A stretch of 62,520 bases of DNA, filler included, from Collodictyon triciliatum (GCA_043381765.1; 18 parts of 18 records of this genome joined end to end with filler, not necessarily neighbours in it), one strand, 5' to 3'; positions 35,925 through 49,953 are shown, counted from the first letter of the whole stretch. Program-made: numbers and translations. Notes: generated by a model not told the origin, from the letters alone.

Positions 35925-37415
35925 ATGGTAAGCAGATTCATTTCCGCCGGAGGCTGGTGGTATCTCTATTAGGGTTCTTTGTTCTCCCGCAAGTCTGGGT
36001 GCGACTGCCCGGTCGGCAGTGTATTTTCGATGGCCCTTCCATTTTTTTCTTTTTCCGCTCCCACTTGCTAATCACATTTTATCTTGTGTATTCTTTCATT
36101 TTTTTTTTGTTTTTACTTTATCTTATTCCATTTTATTTTATTTTCAAATTCTATTTAATTTATAGGATGGAGATGACTTACAGAGGTTAAAAGGTCTATT
36201 CAAGCTTCACAAAGAGAAAACGGGGAAAATGTTTGGGTTCCTTAGGATGGCTTATATATGAGAATATGAAGGACGAACACAAACATCTATCAGATAATGC
36301 TGTTTACCAGTCCGTGTCCTTATTTATCTAGCACAGAAGAAAATACTTGCAAAGCCTGACCTCTCCTTTTTTTTTTTTGCAAAGGGGGTTTGATGCGGCA
36401 GATCTCTATGGTATATATACCAAGTTTGGAATGAAAATAGCAAAGGTAAGTACACCAAAGAATATGTCAAATTCCTAGAGCCAGTATTTTGTAATATGAA
36501 GATCGAAAATAATAAGAAAAAAGAAGGCTTCTTTTTTTCATGAAAACTGCATTACTTCGAACATCTGTAGAAAAAAGTGGAGGACATAATATGGGAAGGA
36601 GACGAAAACGCAGATGGAATAATCAACTTGCAGGACGCAATATCCGTTCTAATTAAAGTCCGTCAAAATCCCTACACTTGCGAGGGGCAAAAGTAAGATC
36701 AATATTATGGAAAGTTTTCTTTGAATAATAAGACACCATAGACATATGTCACGGTGTACAGCTGCTATATACCACAAAAGTCTGGCTATCGACTCTATTT
36801 TAACACAGGTTAGCAAACATAATTGAATTCTCGATGTATGACCAGGAAGCCTCAGGGTATATCGATGTGGAGCATGGATTCATAATGGTTCATAAAATTC
36901 ATTAAGTTGATGTGAAATAAACTTTTGAAAGAAAAAATAAGAATAGGAACGGCTTCCATCTGTCATCTGTTTATGATACCGACTGCAATAAACGTGCATA
37001 GATCCAAAAGAGATTCGGGATTCGCGACCATCACCTCCAACCGAAGATGCGACGCTTCATCATGGAATCCGCCCACAGTATGTGTAGAAAGTTGTCTTTC
37101 AAGGAGTTTGAGGAGCAAATAGCCTATAGAATCATGCTAAAAACGATTTAGGCTTTTTTTTTTCTCCTTGTGTTTCCTTTGTCGCATCAGCACATGTATG
37201 TGTTGCGACCTGATGTAAATCATATGCACGGAATCACGCCCCTGCGTAGCCCTAATAAACCAAAATAAAATATCAAAAGGATTTAAAACCACAACACAAG
37301 ACTTTTTGTAGATTGGCAAACCTCTAATCGTGCCATGATTACTCACAACACAACCGCCCACGCACACCCCAAACACAACTCATTCTCCCCTGGGCCTTCC
37401 GTCCACAGAAAATGA
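35925..37415 (+). CDS. EF-hand protein, multi-exon
   Basis: Exons include VEDIIWEGDENADGIINLQDA and IIEFSMYDQEASGYIDVEH (EF-hand-like loops). The first exon (ATG only) is inferred. Confidence 0.55.
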
Positions 37416-37803
37416 CCACATATTCGACTCTTATTTTTGGGATTACTATATATACGCATACCAACACTGTGATAGACATAAGAGCTGTAGGTTTGGTTCC
37501 TCTGTTAACAACAGTATTTCTGGCTGCTCTCACCCCAGAGCCTTCTTCGCTCACTCCTGGTTTCATTCTCTGACATTCCCGTCCTTGCCTTATCCTTCAT
37601 TGGCAGATTCGCCCTGTCTAGTGACCAGAGTGTCATTTATCGAAACCATGGAAAACCTTTACGCACCACGCAGGCAAAATAGCTGACTCTTTCTTCTTTC
37701 TTCTTTCTTTCTTCTTTGTTCTTTCTTTTCCTGACTTTGTTTTATTTTCCTACTTCCCTTCTTTCGTTTCCATTCCCTGGCTCCCTAGAATTAGAAAAGC
37801 GGT

Positions 37804-38454
37804 ATGGCAGAGGAGAAAGCGGCCCAGGAAAAACAGCTAAAGGATCTCTCGAAACTGGAGCCGACTTGGAGAGACGCGGACCAGGCCCTGATCAACTGTA
37901 CGGCACTTTTCCTCCATGGGAAGAAGCTCGATCACATCCCACCGGCCGTCATGCTGTTGACCAGGCTGATAGTACTCAGCCTGAACTCCAATCGCATCAA
38001 GTCTGTTCCCAAGGAAATCACTCTACTAGTGGACCTAGAGACCCTGGAACTTGCTAGTAATGAAGTTTCCAGTTTGCCCCGAGAGATGTCCTCTATGGTG
38101 AAACTCAAAGAGCTGGGCTTGGAACATGGGAAAGAACCCGACTGTCCAGCAGAGATGTCCTGTTTGACGCAGTTGAGCACACTTCGCATGAATGGTAGAA
38201 TGTGGAGGCAGCACTTTCCCGGGGAATTGCTTATGCTTACAAACCTAACTTCTCTATACTTTAATGAGACCGAGTTAAGTGTTCTTCCACAGGAGATATC
38301 TCTTCTTTCGAATCTCCAGGAGCTGCGCTTGGATGGCAATAGGCTCTATTCTCTTCCCTCCGGAATATCGAAGCTATCCAGTCTGACATACCTCAGCGTT
38401 TTCAGTAACCCTGTATGGTCAATTCGATATGTATCGATTACCTTTTATACATAA
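37804..38454 (+). CDS. Leucine-rich-repeat protein, probably 3'-incomplete
   Basis: Repeated LxxLxLxxNxLxxLPxEI units. Confidence 0.85.
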   Translation: MAEEKAAQEKQLKDLSKLEPTWRDADQALINCTALFLHGKKLDHIPPAVMLLTRLIVLSLNSNRIKSVPKEITLLVDLETLELASNEVSSLPREMSSMVKLKELGLEHGKEPDCPAEMSCLTQLSTLRMNGRMWRQHFPGELLMLTNLTSLYFNETELSVLPQEISLLSNLQELRLDGNRLYSLPSGISKLSSLTYLSVFSNPVWSIRYVSITFYT

Positions 38455-38583
38455 TTTCTTGTGTATTTTTTAACCCTGTTCGTTCACACCACATTCTTGG
38501 TATAGATAGGTCTGTAACAATATGATGTAAAAAATAACAAACTTTTCTACTATTTATATTTGTTTTTACATGTCGTTAAAATG

Positions 38584-38687
<104 letters not shown>

Positions 38688-39738
38688 NNNNNNNNNNNNN
38701 NNNNNNNNNNNNNNNNNNNNNNNNNNNNNNNTTAATTAATTAANNNNNNNNNNNNNNNNNNNNNNNNNNNNNNNNNNNNNNNNNNNNTTTTTGTTTTTTT
38801 TGTTTTTTTGTTTTTTTGTTTTTTTGTTTTTTTGTTTTTTTGTTTTTTTGTTTTTTTGTTTTTACATCTATCTGCTACTTGTTAAAATATGAAAATACTT
38901 TAATTCTGTTAACATGATTACTTATTATTACAAAAACATTAATAACATTATATAGTATATTATTATTTTTTTATGTGTCGCAACAGTCGAGGCAGTTTCC
39001 GTCATTATTAACATCAGGAACATTTTGCATGTGCACTCTCTTCAATCGTGGCTGGGAAATGATCTCGCGCAGCTTTTTGACAGCTTTTGGCCTACTTCTT
39101 TTCTAATTATGACGTATGTGTGACGTATGTGTTTGGTGTGATGGCGTCGTCGCCACAGGACAGGAATGTGTCCGTGTATGGCGCTCGTGTCTGACATGTG
39201 TTCCCTGTAGTTTATGTTGTCATAAAATGCAATATACATAATATATATGTATTTTCAGCATAAATAATATAAGCAATCTTTAATAGAAATAGTATACTTA
39301 TTTATTTATAAATTCCGTAAATATTTTTCATTTCTGGAAATTACGCCTCACCGCGTGATACTGCTGTTTCTTATGCCCTGCTTTTTGGCATTGCGACGTA
39401 TGGGAATAGTTAAGACGGGATAGTGCAACATGATTTATCTGAGTCCCAACAAATATGAATACACCCTCTCCTTCTTTTGGCTTAACATAAACGCGAAAAT
39501 TCACACAACATCCACACCATCGGTGTGGCAATGTATAGATGAACAACAGTGGGGCAGGATTACGTTCGAAGAGACAAGCAGATAAATAATGATGAATCAC
39601 TTTGATAAAAATAGACGTTTATTAGACGATGAAGGTAACGCTATATTACAAATAAACGAAAAAGTATACAAAGAAAGTGTTCAAACTAGGCGCTTCAAAA
39701 AGGCTCCTTAAAAGAATCAAGCGACTGTAAGGATTTAT

Positions 39739-40305
39739 TCAGAGCTCTTTGTTCTTCTCGTCTATACTAAACTTTCCTGGCCCGAGGTAGGCCACCAAAA
39801 AGAGACCGCCCATAACAGAGGTGGTCTAATTAGCACATAGAATGAAGCAGAGTTATTAAAGTACCCAAAAAATAGATAGCGGAGATAATATCAAGAAAGG
39901 GGCAAAGTTGTATGCAAAACCGTGGGTTGTCCTTTCTAACCAGCTTGATAAATGATTTGTGGATGAGAGGGGTAGCGGATATCATGCTAAAGACTTCAAA
40001 AGTTTTGCAGACCTGGAAGAAGTAGTACTTTTGGAAGTCTCGTTCTGGGTGGCGTGGGTCTAGTGCCCAGAAGCTGTGAACAGCCAGATTAGTGAGAGCA
40101 AGGAAGACAATCAACAGGAAAGCAGAATATGTCGTCTTGAATCCAATAATAACCTAGAGATAACCCATAATAAACGTTTAAGCCTACCAGTACATACAAT
40201 TGAACTTATTACCAGATTATTATGTAGTTACAAAAAATGCATCAGCGTTATATCGATATTGTTGATAGAAACAAAATATAACTAGAAAAACCAGCAAGAT
40301 GATTC

Positions 40306-40353
<48 letters not shown>

Positions 40354-41690
40354 NNNNNNNNNNNNNNNNNNNNNNNNNNNNNNNNNNNNNNNNNNNNNNN
40401 NNNNNNNNATATCACATCATAGCAACGATGAATCCAAAAAAAAAACTTTACCAGGACACATAAAATTGTACCCAAAATGCCACATATTAATCGAGTGACC
40501 GAATAAGGCCCATAAATAACTGAACCAGTAAGGAAAATCAAGAGCAGTCTCCCAGCAAGCTGCATCCAGTTCTCATACTTTTTATCAGAGAAGTTAAAGA
40601 ATGCAGCCAAGCTAGCATTCTATGTTTTGTTGTGTGGATTAGTTTTGCACTGGGCAATGTATGTTCTTGCCTGCAGTGTGTGCATTAAATGTTCTTTCAT
40701 GCCGAATAAATATGTCTATTTAAAAGAACTATTTTACGTTGGAGGATAGTATAGAACGAATATTGCGAATAATAGCATAAATAAAGTTAAATCATACACG
40801 ATTCTTTTCCACTTGCACAAAGACACCAAGCATCAGAAGCCCGCCAAGAAGGGACAAGTTGCGGAAAAAGAAAGTTAAATCCAAGGCTCCCTTGTAAACC
40901 ATCATTTGGAGTACAACAAACATAGCCAGGCTGCATTGATTATTCGTCTGATCAATAAAGAAAAGAACTTCTTTTTTTTCTTTCCCCGTGCAATCTGATG
41001 TATAAGAATAAGACATAATGTACCTTGTCAACGCTGGGACCATTCTTTTCCTCATGAGAATCATCGCACTGGCGCCGAGTTGGATGATGATCGACGAAAA
41101 CAAAATAATTAAGATAGGAACAAAGCCGTAGCCAAGTTGTCGAAGGAAGCGTGACTGTAATTCCCACTGCATACATAGGCGAAGACCGTCCTAATTTTCA
41201 TCAAAAAAATATTTATACTTCTGGTATGGTACATCATCGGCATACTCAGCTCTCTGTACGATGGTTTCTTTTCTTTTTCCCCCCCCCTTTGTTTTAAATA
41301 AAGGCCAAACAAAAGAACATAATGCAAGAGAGGTAGATAAATGTTCCTCTTTGCAAGTGGATACTTGTGATTCATAATAAAGAGTATTACTTTTTAAAGA
41401 GACATAATTTAAGTCAAATTAAGTTGTTTTTTTTTTTTTTTTAAGAGGCATGTAATGTATGTGCCGATATATCAAAAAAAAAATAAAGTAGTAATAAAGT
41501 AGTGATGAACAATCACAATATATTGATTTCCAACAATTATGACTTTATTTTTCAAAATGAAACGTACTTCGATAAAAGTAGCCAAGAGTAAGAGACGTCC
41601 GAAAGCAGGAAGCTTTTCACGATGAGGGCGGAGTCTCCTCTCCAGCTCGTCAGTAGCCTCCCATAGGAAATTGATTTTATCCTGCATCAT
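39739..41690 (-). CDS. SURF4: Surfeit-4/Erv29 ER cargo receptor, multi-exon
   Basis: LPAFGRLLLLATFIE, FFFRNLSLLGGLLML, MQLAGRLLLIF, DFQKYYFFQ|TTSVMGGL...GPGKFSIDEKNKEL*. Confidence 0.92.
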
Positions 41691-43119
41691 CGAGTCTGCA
41701 AAGATTTCGTGAAACTTAGGCACTACTTACAGGAATCTTATTCTTTTAATATTATTTTTGTATCCCCTCTACTCGATCATTACTGTAGTTTTTTTTTTTT
41801 TTGGAGCCCTCCTCTCAGGTCTTTTCTTCCTCAAACTTTCCGCGAAGCATTACAAAAGCAGCAGTGTTTGTGACAATTAGACAAGATCGTTCTTTGGTGT
41901 GAAAAACCAGGGGAAATTTATAAAGCGCGGGTGAGCTTCTTCTAACATGGCAAATAAGTGAGAGTGTCTATGCTGTTCATGCTTCCTCATTCCTCTTCGA
42001 TACTTCTGTGTCGCTCGGCCCCATGTCGCTGGTTTCGCGCTGCTTCTGTTTTTTGTTAAGCCTCGCGCAACGATCGGATTACCTGATACCAACAGTGTAT
42101 ATTCCAGATACAGTAGGAGGACGTTTTTATCTATCATAGGCCTGGAAATATTCGCTCCATGTCCTTTTCAGGGTGTTTTCTCAAACGACCTCATCTGAGT
42201 TTATTTCTTTTTGCGGATGAGGGCGGAGTGAGTGTGCTAGAGATGGATGCTGCCTTTCACAAAGATTTTCTTCGTTGTTTTTTTTTCCCATTCCGCCTAC
42301 AAAACCGAGCGGGGGAAAACGGCAGAGAGAAAGATGAAATAGATAAAAAAAAAAAAAAAAAAAAAAANNNNNNNNNNNNNNNNNNNNNNNNNNNNNNNNN
42401 NNNNNNNNNNNTTAATTAATTAANNNNNNNNNNNNNNNNNNNNNNNNNNNNNNNNNNNNNNNNNNNNCCAAGTGAAAAAAAGATCCGATGTTTCTAGATC
42501 TCTCTGGTGGCCGGTTGTCTGTGCTCTTGTCCTTGGATGCTTCTATCGGCTTGGGTTAGACCGAGCGCAGGATCTAGATCGAAGTGCGCTTCGAAAGCAT
42601 TAACTTGTTCTTTGATAACTGAGCCGCCGGCTGTTTTTTTATAGATCGCATGGCTTCGGTTACGCTTGGATTCTTCCTCGAACAATCTATACCCACATTT
42701 GTAATGTGATCTATTTTTATTGCCAACTTCGGTCCATTCTCTGAATATGACGCACTTTTCCGCGAAAGACCCGCGGTCAACCTTTAAGTTAGTTGGTGTC
42801 GAGTTGCTAAATTTGTCCTGTGGTTCTTATTTTCAAAGGAAAATACCCTTTTTAGTTCTCCTTAGAAAGGTATGTGCTTAAAACTCATATTTATAGATTT
42901 TCGTGGCTGTTTAGATTAGCCACAAGTGCAGAATCGGTGTGTGTGGCGTTTGACTTCCATATATAATTAATTTGTATTCATTATTATAATTTTATTTATA
43001 TAATGATGAATTTTGCTCATAAATGGGCTCTAGAGATATTATATATTAAAATTCCATAAATGAATATTTAGCAAGATTACATTCACTTTAAAGTAGATAT
43101 AGATTTACATCCGAGAATG

Positions 43120-43588
43120 GGGTGCCCTATAGCGTATTTATTCAGCGTTCCCTTGCTCAAAAAGTGACAGAGTCTACCCACAAGATGCTGTCTCAGCTTC
43201 ATTACGCTCTCAACCGACTCAGCGCATCCGACACCCTGTTTGGCCCACAATAACAAATGACCCACGACTCTAGAATACTCTGGACAGTCACAAGGGGACA
43301 TATGCTGGTGTTCTTGTGGAGTGTGCGCATTCTCTCGCTCTAATGATTCACCCGAACGAGAAATCAATGTATCCAGGCGTGGAAGCCTCGTGCAATACAA
43401 CTCCCTGAACAGCCTGCTGAAACACGCTCGCATTCTTCGCTACTCTGACCGCAAGCGAAGAGAGATGTGGGAATGTGTCGTGCGATATCTCCCACAGCAC
43501 ATCCAACCACTGCTACCCACGCAGCCAATCAACCAGTTGGGTCGCCCTCCTGACCAACTCGCTATCACTGATTTCTTTCCAGTGCTAG
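43120..43588 (+). mobile_element. LINE fragment (ORF2 C-terminus), lacking the 3' tail
   Basis: Homologous to 34140-34440. Encodes ILWTVTRGHMLVFLWSVR, like the W...LW.IW..R motif of L1/Tx1-type ORF2. Confidence 0.75.
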
Positions 43589-43904
43589 GACCATATTCAC
43601 ATATTGTCTGTTTTCCGAGCGAGCTATCAACCGCACAGATCGGGTCAGTCTCTGTATGGATTTATTAATCTGGGAAAACTAAATCTAAAGCATGGAAGAG
43701 GGTGTTGGTTTGGGCGTATCTTAACAAGTGCAGCGCTAGTCAATGAAGGAAGCAAGCGAGTCTCTCGGACGCAATTACTTCGCTTTGCAAGTGCCAAAGA
43801 CTATCGCACCTCAACGAGACTCTTTGCTATGAACTCACCAGGATTTTTTTTTTGTTCGCAACACACTCACTTCATCTTACGGCCCATATTTGAGCGGCTC
43901 GGCT

Positions 43905-45802
43905 TTAGCTCGACGGACCAGAGACTCTGCAAACCTCTTCAACGCACTTCCCGTTCGGACAGGAGCAAGTTATATCTGGGCATATGTCCAGCACGTTGGG
44001 ACACACAAAGAAGCCGCTGTATCCACTGACACTGATCTGCTGGCCAGTGGTGGTGCATGAGAAGGTAGAGCCTCCGATAGTCACCTGCTCAGAAACGCAA
44101 TCTTTCCGTTATTTTCTAGTACTCTCTTTTAAAAACAATCATGCTTTGTTATTTATTAGTGTAAGCAGAATCACCAAGCAAAATATGTCAAAGTATGCAG
44201 AATGCATAATGTTGGATGAATGAGATTATGACGAGAGGGTATTCATGTCCAACCTTAAGAGTCGGCACGCCGCTGACCATTTCACACGCCGTTTGGTGGC
44301 ATCGGCCGACCGGTGACGTGGGTTGCGGAGAGTAGCCGGATAGGAGCAACTGGGACATGATACAACGGCTTCCTGCTTCATATGTTTCGCCGTAATAGTT
44401 TGTTGATGGTTGAAGAGAAGAATCGGTGCACCTGATTGGCGCCATGAAATGGTTATAAACACGAAAGTGATATTGTCTACGAATGCACACGTGAATATTA
44501 TGGCGAAGGCAATCCGCATGGTTGGTATATATAAGTTCTTACAATCCATTCGAGTATTGTAGAATATAGGGACAGTAATCAGTCTCGCTGGAGCCGCCAA
44601 TATTGGGATTTGAAAAGTACTGATTTTGAGCTGGTAGTGCAGAGGAGTATGTATAGACAGCACAAAGGCCCAAACGCAGATAATCAGATGTACATGTCGT
44701 TTTTCTCTGTAGTGGGCATATCGTTAACTATATCCCTAATGCTTGGTGTGGGCATTATGCGATATAGTGTTGTATTTATATTCAAATAGATTGTTTGAAG
44801 AGGTCAATTGGCTTTCATTAAAAGAAAATGGAGAGTAATTATCGATACATACGGTCTGGTCAGTGCAGAACATGCTGCTTTCCACAGAAACACCCCCAGA
44901 AATGCAAACTTCATTCACCGATGCACAGCCCTTCTTGCGTCCCCACAGGAGTGTTGATGCTTTCGTATAATCAGGGTAATACCTGGGATGGGTTCATACG
45001 TTGAAAAAAAACATACAAAATGCCAATAAAAGCAGCTGTGATAAACAACGGGAACAGGCAGGACGGGTTAATAGAGAGTTTCGTTATATTTTATTAAATT
45101 TGTAAGTACCATCCGCTGTCCTCAAAGAGAGCCAATGTCAAAGCGGATATAACTGCGTTGGTTTTAAGCGAGCCAGTCATGTAGTCCCTAGTAAAGGTTA
45201 TTTATGTGGTGATAAGAGGATGCATGAAATTTGAAGGGATAAAAGAGTGAATGTGGTATCAAAATGGAAATAAATGAAGGCTAACGATTTCTTATTTAAA
45301 AAAAAAAGCAGAGATGACATCAGGGGAATGCCAGGTTTTTATAATTTAAAACTAGAAGAAATATATCATTAGATAGTAATCAAAAAGACCATACTGCATC
45401 ATTATACGACCTTCCCAATGAGAACCTGCTGTTCCAGAACCGCCCGTATTTTCAAGTTCAACACCTAATATTCATACATGTCATAAGAAAAGGAGGGTCA
45501 GCCTTTTCATTCGAATTCTTTCAAAATTTTCGTGGTGATTATCTATAAAAAAAAAAAAAAAAAAAAAAGACTAGTATAACTCATCATCTATAATTTGACG
45601 TCTAAACAGATGGGCCTTATGCAGAGCTTTAGCTGAACGATGTTTATTTTGTCAATACCATTAATAGATGAGCATTTGGAGTGAATTGCAAATTCCTGAA
45701 GAACGCGTGGTGTTACAATTTTATTGACGACATCGCCTCTCTCATAAAACTGCTTGACAGTGTTTGATGATGATGTGTAGTATCCACCCTGGCGATAATT
45801 AA
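43905..45802 (-). CDS. Leishmanolysin/GP63 (peptidase M8), 3' exons
   Basis: KIVTPRV, GVELENTGGSGTAGSHWEGR, DYMTG...ISALTLALFEDSGW|YYPDY...WGRKKGC, YGETYEAGSRC. HEXXH lies outside the contig. Confidence 0.9.
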
Positions 45803-45899
45803 CCAAAAATAGATTTAATCACCTCAAGTGCACAAAATTAGGCTTGGATTTTATCATAGAATGGCACGTGTGGCTTTAAAAGAAAGAAAAAAAGAAAAA

Positions 45900-45986
<87 letters not shown>

Positions 45987-46498
45987 TTGGGGCCTCCCTT
46001 AATCGAAATTTTTACGAACAAGATTTCAAGAAAAAAATTATTTACCANNNNNNNNNNNNNNNNNNNNNNNNNNNNNNNNNNNNNNNNNNNNTTAATTAAT
46101 TAANNNNNNNNNNNNNNNNNNNNNNNNNNNNNNNNNNNNNNNNNNNNGGGAATAGTGCAGAAACCGAAGACCCAAAGATCAAAGCGTGATTTCGGTTGCC
46201 GGAATACCGTACCTTTGTAACGGCAAGGATTTCTTTGCATTTCGCCCATAATCTTATCTGGAATCTATACGATATAACTGTTGCGTGTGTATATGCCTTT
46301 GTTTTTTTGTTTATTGGTATACCGATATGTGGCCAGGATTTAGAATATATTTTTTTGCTTTCATCATTTCTAGTCTTAATCTGAAGATTCAATAAAATAA
46401 TAATCTAGATTCTGTAAATTTTATTTAAACTCATGTTCATCACACTGGGGAGAAAAGTCATTATATCTCTCTCCTTGTTTTAAATCATTCGTATCTAT

Positions 46499-46908
46499 TA
46501 TTTATTTTTTCCCCCCTTTATTTCGATTCGTATTGCAACAAGTAGTTATGCCGTACAAGGAGCGAGATGTGTGTGTATGACAGAGAGCAAACGCGAGTAG
46601 GAGTCGACTACTGTGAAGAGGCTAGCACTGAAAGAAATCAGTATTGGCGAGTTGGTCAGGTAGGCGACCCAGCTGGTTGATTGGTTGTGTGGGAAGCAGT
46701 GGTTGAGTATGCTGTGGGAAATATCGCACGACACATTCCCACCTCTCTCTCTTCACTTGCGGTCAGAGTAGCAGAGAATGTGGGCGTGTTTCAGCAGGCT
46801 GTTCAAGGAAGCTGTGTTGCACGAGGTTTTTATCCGGCCTGGATAATTGGGTACCTCGTTCGATGGAGAGATTAGAGCGCAACTGATTTATGGAGCGCCC
46901 GCTCCTCA
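46499..46908 (-). mobile_element. 5'-truncated LINE copy with 3' tail and a probable TSD
   Basis: Same family; ends GAATCGAAATAAAGGGGGGAAAAA. Flanks are CATTCGTATCTAT (46486-46498) and CATTCGATCTAT (46909-46920). Confidence 0.8.
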
Positions 46909-47276
46909 CATTCGATCTATGAAGGTGTATGTGTTCCAGTGAAAACGATTCTCATGGGTAAGCATTCTTCCCGGAGTGGCATCATCGCCGGAAGACTCGG
47001 ATGCATTGAAAAGGCACCCACCACCGCAAACCAAATCACACCGACACCCAAATGTTTAAGGTAGAGTAACCCCCGCCAACATCTCCACAATCTTGCACAC
47101 AATCGGAAGGAAGAAGTAGAAGAATAAAAATAAAAATAGTAAAAATAGTAAAAATAAAATAATAATAATAAAAAAAAAGGCAAAGTAATCCCTTTGCTCA
47201 CTTTTTTTCTTCTTCCAAACAGTGATGGCCTATCATGAGACAAGTCCATAAGAGATGGTAGATGAGCAATATACAC

Positions 47277-48611
47277 TCAGAACTCCTCTTCGGCAGACTC
47301 AGCCCCAACCTCCTCGTAGTCGGTCTGCAAGGCCGCCAAGTCCTCACGGGCCTCAGAGAACTCGCCCTCCTCCATGCCCTCTCCGACATACCAGTGGACA
47401 AAGGCGCGCTTGGCGTACATCAGGTCAAACTGGCGGCCAAGGCGGGAAAAGACCTCGGCAATGGCGGTGGTGTTGGAAAGCATGCAAACGGCACGCTGGA
47501 CCTTGGCCAGGTCGCCGCCTGGGACCACAGTTGGGGGCTGGTAGTTGATGCCGCACTTGAAGCCGGTGGGGTTCCAGTCGACAAACTGGATGGTGCGCTT
47601 GGTCTTGATGGCTCCGATGGAGGCACTGATATCCTTGATGGCAACGTCTCCGCGGTACATGAGGCAGCAGGCCATGTACTTGCCGTGGCGCGGGTCGCAC
47701 TTGGCCATCATGGAGGCGGGCTCAAAGAGCGAGGCAGCCATGTTAGAAACTGGGAGCTCCTTTTGGTGAGGCTTGTCTGCAGAGATGAACGGGGCGTAGG
47801 CGCATATTGTAAAGTGGATGCGCTGATGAGGAACCAGGTTGTCTTGAATCTCGCGGAGAGACGCATTGAAAATTCCGTCAAAACGCAGAGACGCTGTCAG
47901 GGACGAGGCAACCTGCGCAATGAGGCCATTAAGATTGGCGTAGATAGGGCGCTCGATGTCGAGTGAGCGGCGGCAGATGTCAAAGATGGCCTCATTGTCC
48001 AGCGCAAAGACGACGTCTGCGTGTTCCAGGAGAGCAGGAATCGACAAGACCGAGTTGTACGGCTCTGCAACAGAGGTTGAGATTATGGGCGAGGGAAAGA
48101 TGCAGAAGTCGAGCTTGGACTTGTTTCCGTAGTCGACCGACAGGCGCTCCAGCAGCAGCGAGCCGGTGCCGGAGCCTGTTCCTCCTCCGATGGAATGATA
48201 TATTAGGAAGCCTTGCAAATCTGTGCAGTTGTCTGCCAGCTTGCAGATGCGGTCCAGGCACAGGTCGGTATATTCTTTGCCGATAGTGTGGTGGCCACGC
48301 GCGTAGTTGTTTGCAGCGTCTTCTTTGCCCGTGATTAATTGGTCAGGATGAAAGAGCTCGCAATATCTGCCGGTGCGGACTTTGTCAATCGCCGTGGGTT
48401 CTAGGTCCAGGAACACGCAGCGCGGGATGTGTTTGCCGGCTTCAGTCTCGGAGAAGAATGCCGTGAAAGACTTTCCTTCGTGAGTGCAGGCCTCTTCTGG
48501 GGCTATCAGCCCATCCGGCTGGATTCCGTGCTCCAGGCAGTACAGTTCCCAGCAGGCATTGCCCACTTGGACTCCGCCTTGGCCGATGTGGATGGAAATG
48601 ACTTCCTTCAT
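47277..48611 (-). CDS. TUBA: Divergent intronless alpha-tubulin
   Basis: [60 protein letters not shown]. The true ATG is at 48611; the upstream extension in the ORF track is an SSR. Confidence 0.95.
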   Translation of the reverse strand: MKEVISIHIGQGGVQVGNACWELYCLEHGIQPDGLIAPEEACTHEGKSFTAFFSETEAGKHIPRCVFLDLEPTAIDKVRTGRYCELFHPDQLITGKEDAANNYARGHHTIGKEYTDLCLDRICKLADNCTDLQGFLIYHSIGGGTGSGTGSLLLERLSVDYGNKSKLDFCIFPSPIISTSVAEPYNSVLSIPALLEHADVVFALDNEAIFDICRRSLDIERPIYANLNGLIAQVASSLTASLRFDGIFNASLREIQDNLVPHQRIHFTICAYAPFISADKPHQKELPVSNMAASLFEPASMMAKCDPRHGKYMACCLMYRGDVAIKDISASIGAIKTKRTIQFVDWNPTGFKCGINYQPPTVVPGGDLAKVQRAVCMLSNTTAIAEVFSRLGRQFDLMYAKRAFVHWYVGEGMEEGEFSEAREDLAALQTDYEEVGAESAEEEF

Positions 48612-49635
48612 GATTGAGTCCGAAAGTGTTTTTTTTTTCTTTTTTCTTTTACTTTTTCTTTTTTTCTTTTTTTCTTTTTTTCTTTTTTTCTTTTTTTCTT
48701 TTTTTCTTTTTTTTCTTTTTTTCTTTTTTTCTTTTTTTCTTTTTTTCTTTTTTCTTTTTTTCTTTTTTCTTTTTTCTTTTTCTTTTTGCTTCAAGTTAGA
48801 GTAGTATTAATAATGTAATTGTTGGTTTCGTCTCGGGTTGTTGCTCGTTGGCTCGTGCTTGGTGTTGTAGGACTGGTACCCACTGAGGCGGGAAGACCTT
48901 CTACTACATGTTTTTTAGAAGAGATAAAAAAAAAATAAGGCATAACATCTTGGATAAAAAAAAAAACAGAAAAGAAAAGGATAGAATAAAAAGAGAAGAG
49001 AAGAGAAAAAAAGAGAAGATAAAAAAGAAAAAAAAAGCAAAGAAAAGAGGGTTGGTGGGCATAATCGCGCTGGGTGTGATTAATTATCTGACTTGAGCGG
49101 TCTTTCCTTCTTTCTGTCCGCCGCTGTTTCTCTGCAAGTTCGGCGAATGCTTGCCTTTTCCTCTGTTTTTATTCGACCCGATCCCAAACGATCGATTGGC
49201 CGGTACCACAACCCGATTTCCTCGCTGTTCTTTGGCGATGGAAGATTAATTGGTTTGCGATCTTTGATTCAGGCGAAGTACTCGCGCTTCCGCGGATGTT
49301 TCTTCCTTCCCTCGGCTTTCTTGTCCGTTTAATGGTCTTTTTTTTCTCTTTCTTTATTTATCTCTAGATATTTATGGGTAGGGAGGATACAACCCAGGCC
49401 GCCCTGTGTAATTCTACTGAATGCAGACTCAAAACGAGCCACCCCTTCGTGTATGGCCGTTTCCTGTGCAGATGTCCCAGGTTCTAGAGGACTTGTTCAA
49501 GACGATACAGAACGAGAAGCGGAGTTTGTTTTCAATCCCATTTTTCTCCTTAGGATATTATTGTCATTATTTATTACTGTTATTATTATTATTAGTATTA
49601 TTATTAGTATTATTATTAGTATTATTATTAGTATT

Positions 49636-49727
<92 letters not shown>

Positions 49728-49953
49728 NNNNNNNNNNNNNNNNNNNNNNNNNNNNNNNNNNNNNNNNNNNNTTAATTAATTAANNNNNNNNNNNNNNNNN
49801 NNNNNNNNNNNNNNNNNNNNNNNNNNNTATGTATGTATGTATGTATGTATGTATGTATGTATGTATGTATGTATGTATGTATGTATGTATGTATGTATGT
49901 ATGTATGTGTGTGTGTGTGTGTGTGTGTAAATGTGCAACAAAACACACCTGGT

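Noticed and set aside
38970-39600. Possible small minus-strand gene downstream of SURF4; similar unassigned exon-like pieces at 15850-16581, 16960-17240, 24200-24500 and 42480-42800
   Set aside because: Composition is exon-like, but I found no recognisable domain or consistent splice model.
48612-48794. Lys/Arg-rich N-terminal extension on alpha-tubulin, and similar poly-K/F/L/I ORFs elsewhere
   Set aside because: These are translations of microsatellites or N runs; the canonical MxExI start is at 48611.
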